DNA of 64,000 nt from the NCBI RefSeq assembly GCF_009834535.1, contig NC_045696.1, positions 100,380,001 through 100,444,000 of the forward strand, in the 5' to 3' direction. The translations under genes and the position numbers were made by a program. The DNA is from Camelus ferus. Its lineage: Eukaryota. This document shows, one piece after another, positions 63,481 through 64,000 of this stretch (position 1 is the stretch's first letter; each line of letters starts with the position of its first letter). A model generated the notes under the pieces. It ran no database searches, was not told the DNA's origin, and saw only the letters and a program-made list of their open reading frames with translations.

Positions 63481-64000
63481 GATTTTAAATGCAGACATTT
63501 CCGCTATCAGATCTACCATTTCTTTGTCGGCATTAGTAGATATCCCAACATCCACTTTATTTTGTAAGTCAGCTAGGAAAGTGTGGAGGAATATTTTCTT
63601 CATTCTTGAAGATCTTTAGAGTAACTAAAGCTTTTCCTTATCTTCCCACACCTTGTCGATTAATAATGAATAGTTTTTAAGGAATCAAGCACCTAAAAAG
63701 GCTGTGTTCCATTTCTTAAGGCACTCAATTGTGATAAAAATATAAAATCATCTTTTTTTTTAATTTATAAATGCTACAGTTAACTCAAATAACACTCTTT
63801 GAATTCAGTACTCTGTAAGTAAAGGAGCATTAAATATTGTTGCTACTGAAGGTTGTTATTTCTCTCCTCTAAAATACCATATTTTATTGAATATTATGCT
63901 GTCATTGCTAAGATGCATCATTATTATATGTTCTAAGAAAGAAAAAAATGTCAGTTAAACTATGGCACAGTACTTTCTATCACATATAATTTTTCTCCAC

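Noticed and set aside
1..64000. CRISPR arrays, operons or other prokaryotic-type systems; TE strand bias indicating a host gene
   Set aside because: The sequence is mammalian with no regularly spaced repeat-spacer array. LTRs and L1s occur on both strands, so no host-gene orientation can be inferred.

Overview
AT-rich, CpG-depleted mammalian genomic DNA, almost certainly from a camelid (camel, llama, alpaca or vicuna). It carries three tRNA-Ala-derived SINEs of the camelid Vic-1 type. I find no supportable protein-coding gene: every ORF I can recognise is a decayed transposon remnant (Tigger DDE transposase, L1 ORF2, CR1/L3 reverse transcriptase), and the rest look like chance ORFs. The window reads as an intergenic or deep-intronic repeat graveyard. 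It holds a near-full-length Tigger2, a Tigger1 5' half, about 20 solo LTRs (ERV1, ERVL, MaLR), L1/L2/L3/MIR fragments, MER5A and MER53 MITEs, and a 232-bp pure pyrimidine tract. Many insertions are nested with readable target-site duplications (TSDs). The most interesting observations are: (i) a candidate unannotated spliced non-coding transcription unit at about 38.0-41.3 kb, with TATA/MYB/CCAAT motifs, retained CpGs and strong splice sites; (ii) a solo LTR that contains an internal polypurine tract and a second LTR terminus, suggesting a shift of the LTR boundary; (iii) two twin-primed (5'-inverted) L1 insertions; (iv) an inverted LTR pair around a triplex-prone tract; (v) a near-perfect 32-bp palindrome in apparently unique sequence. 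Repeat family names come from my recall of consensus sequences, not from a database search, and boundaries of old elements are approximate.
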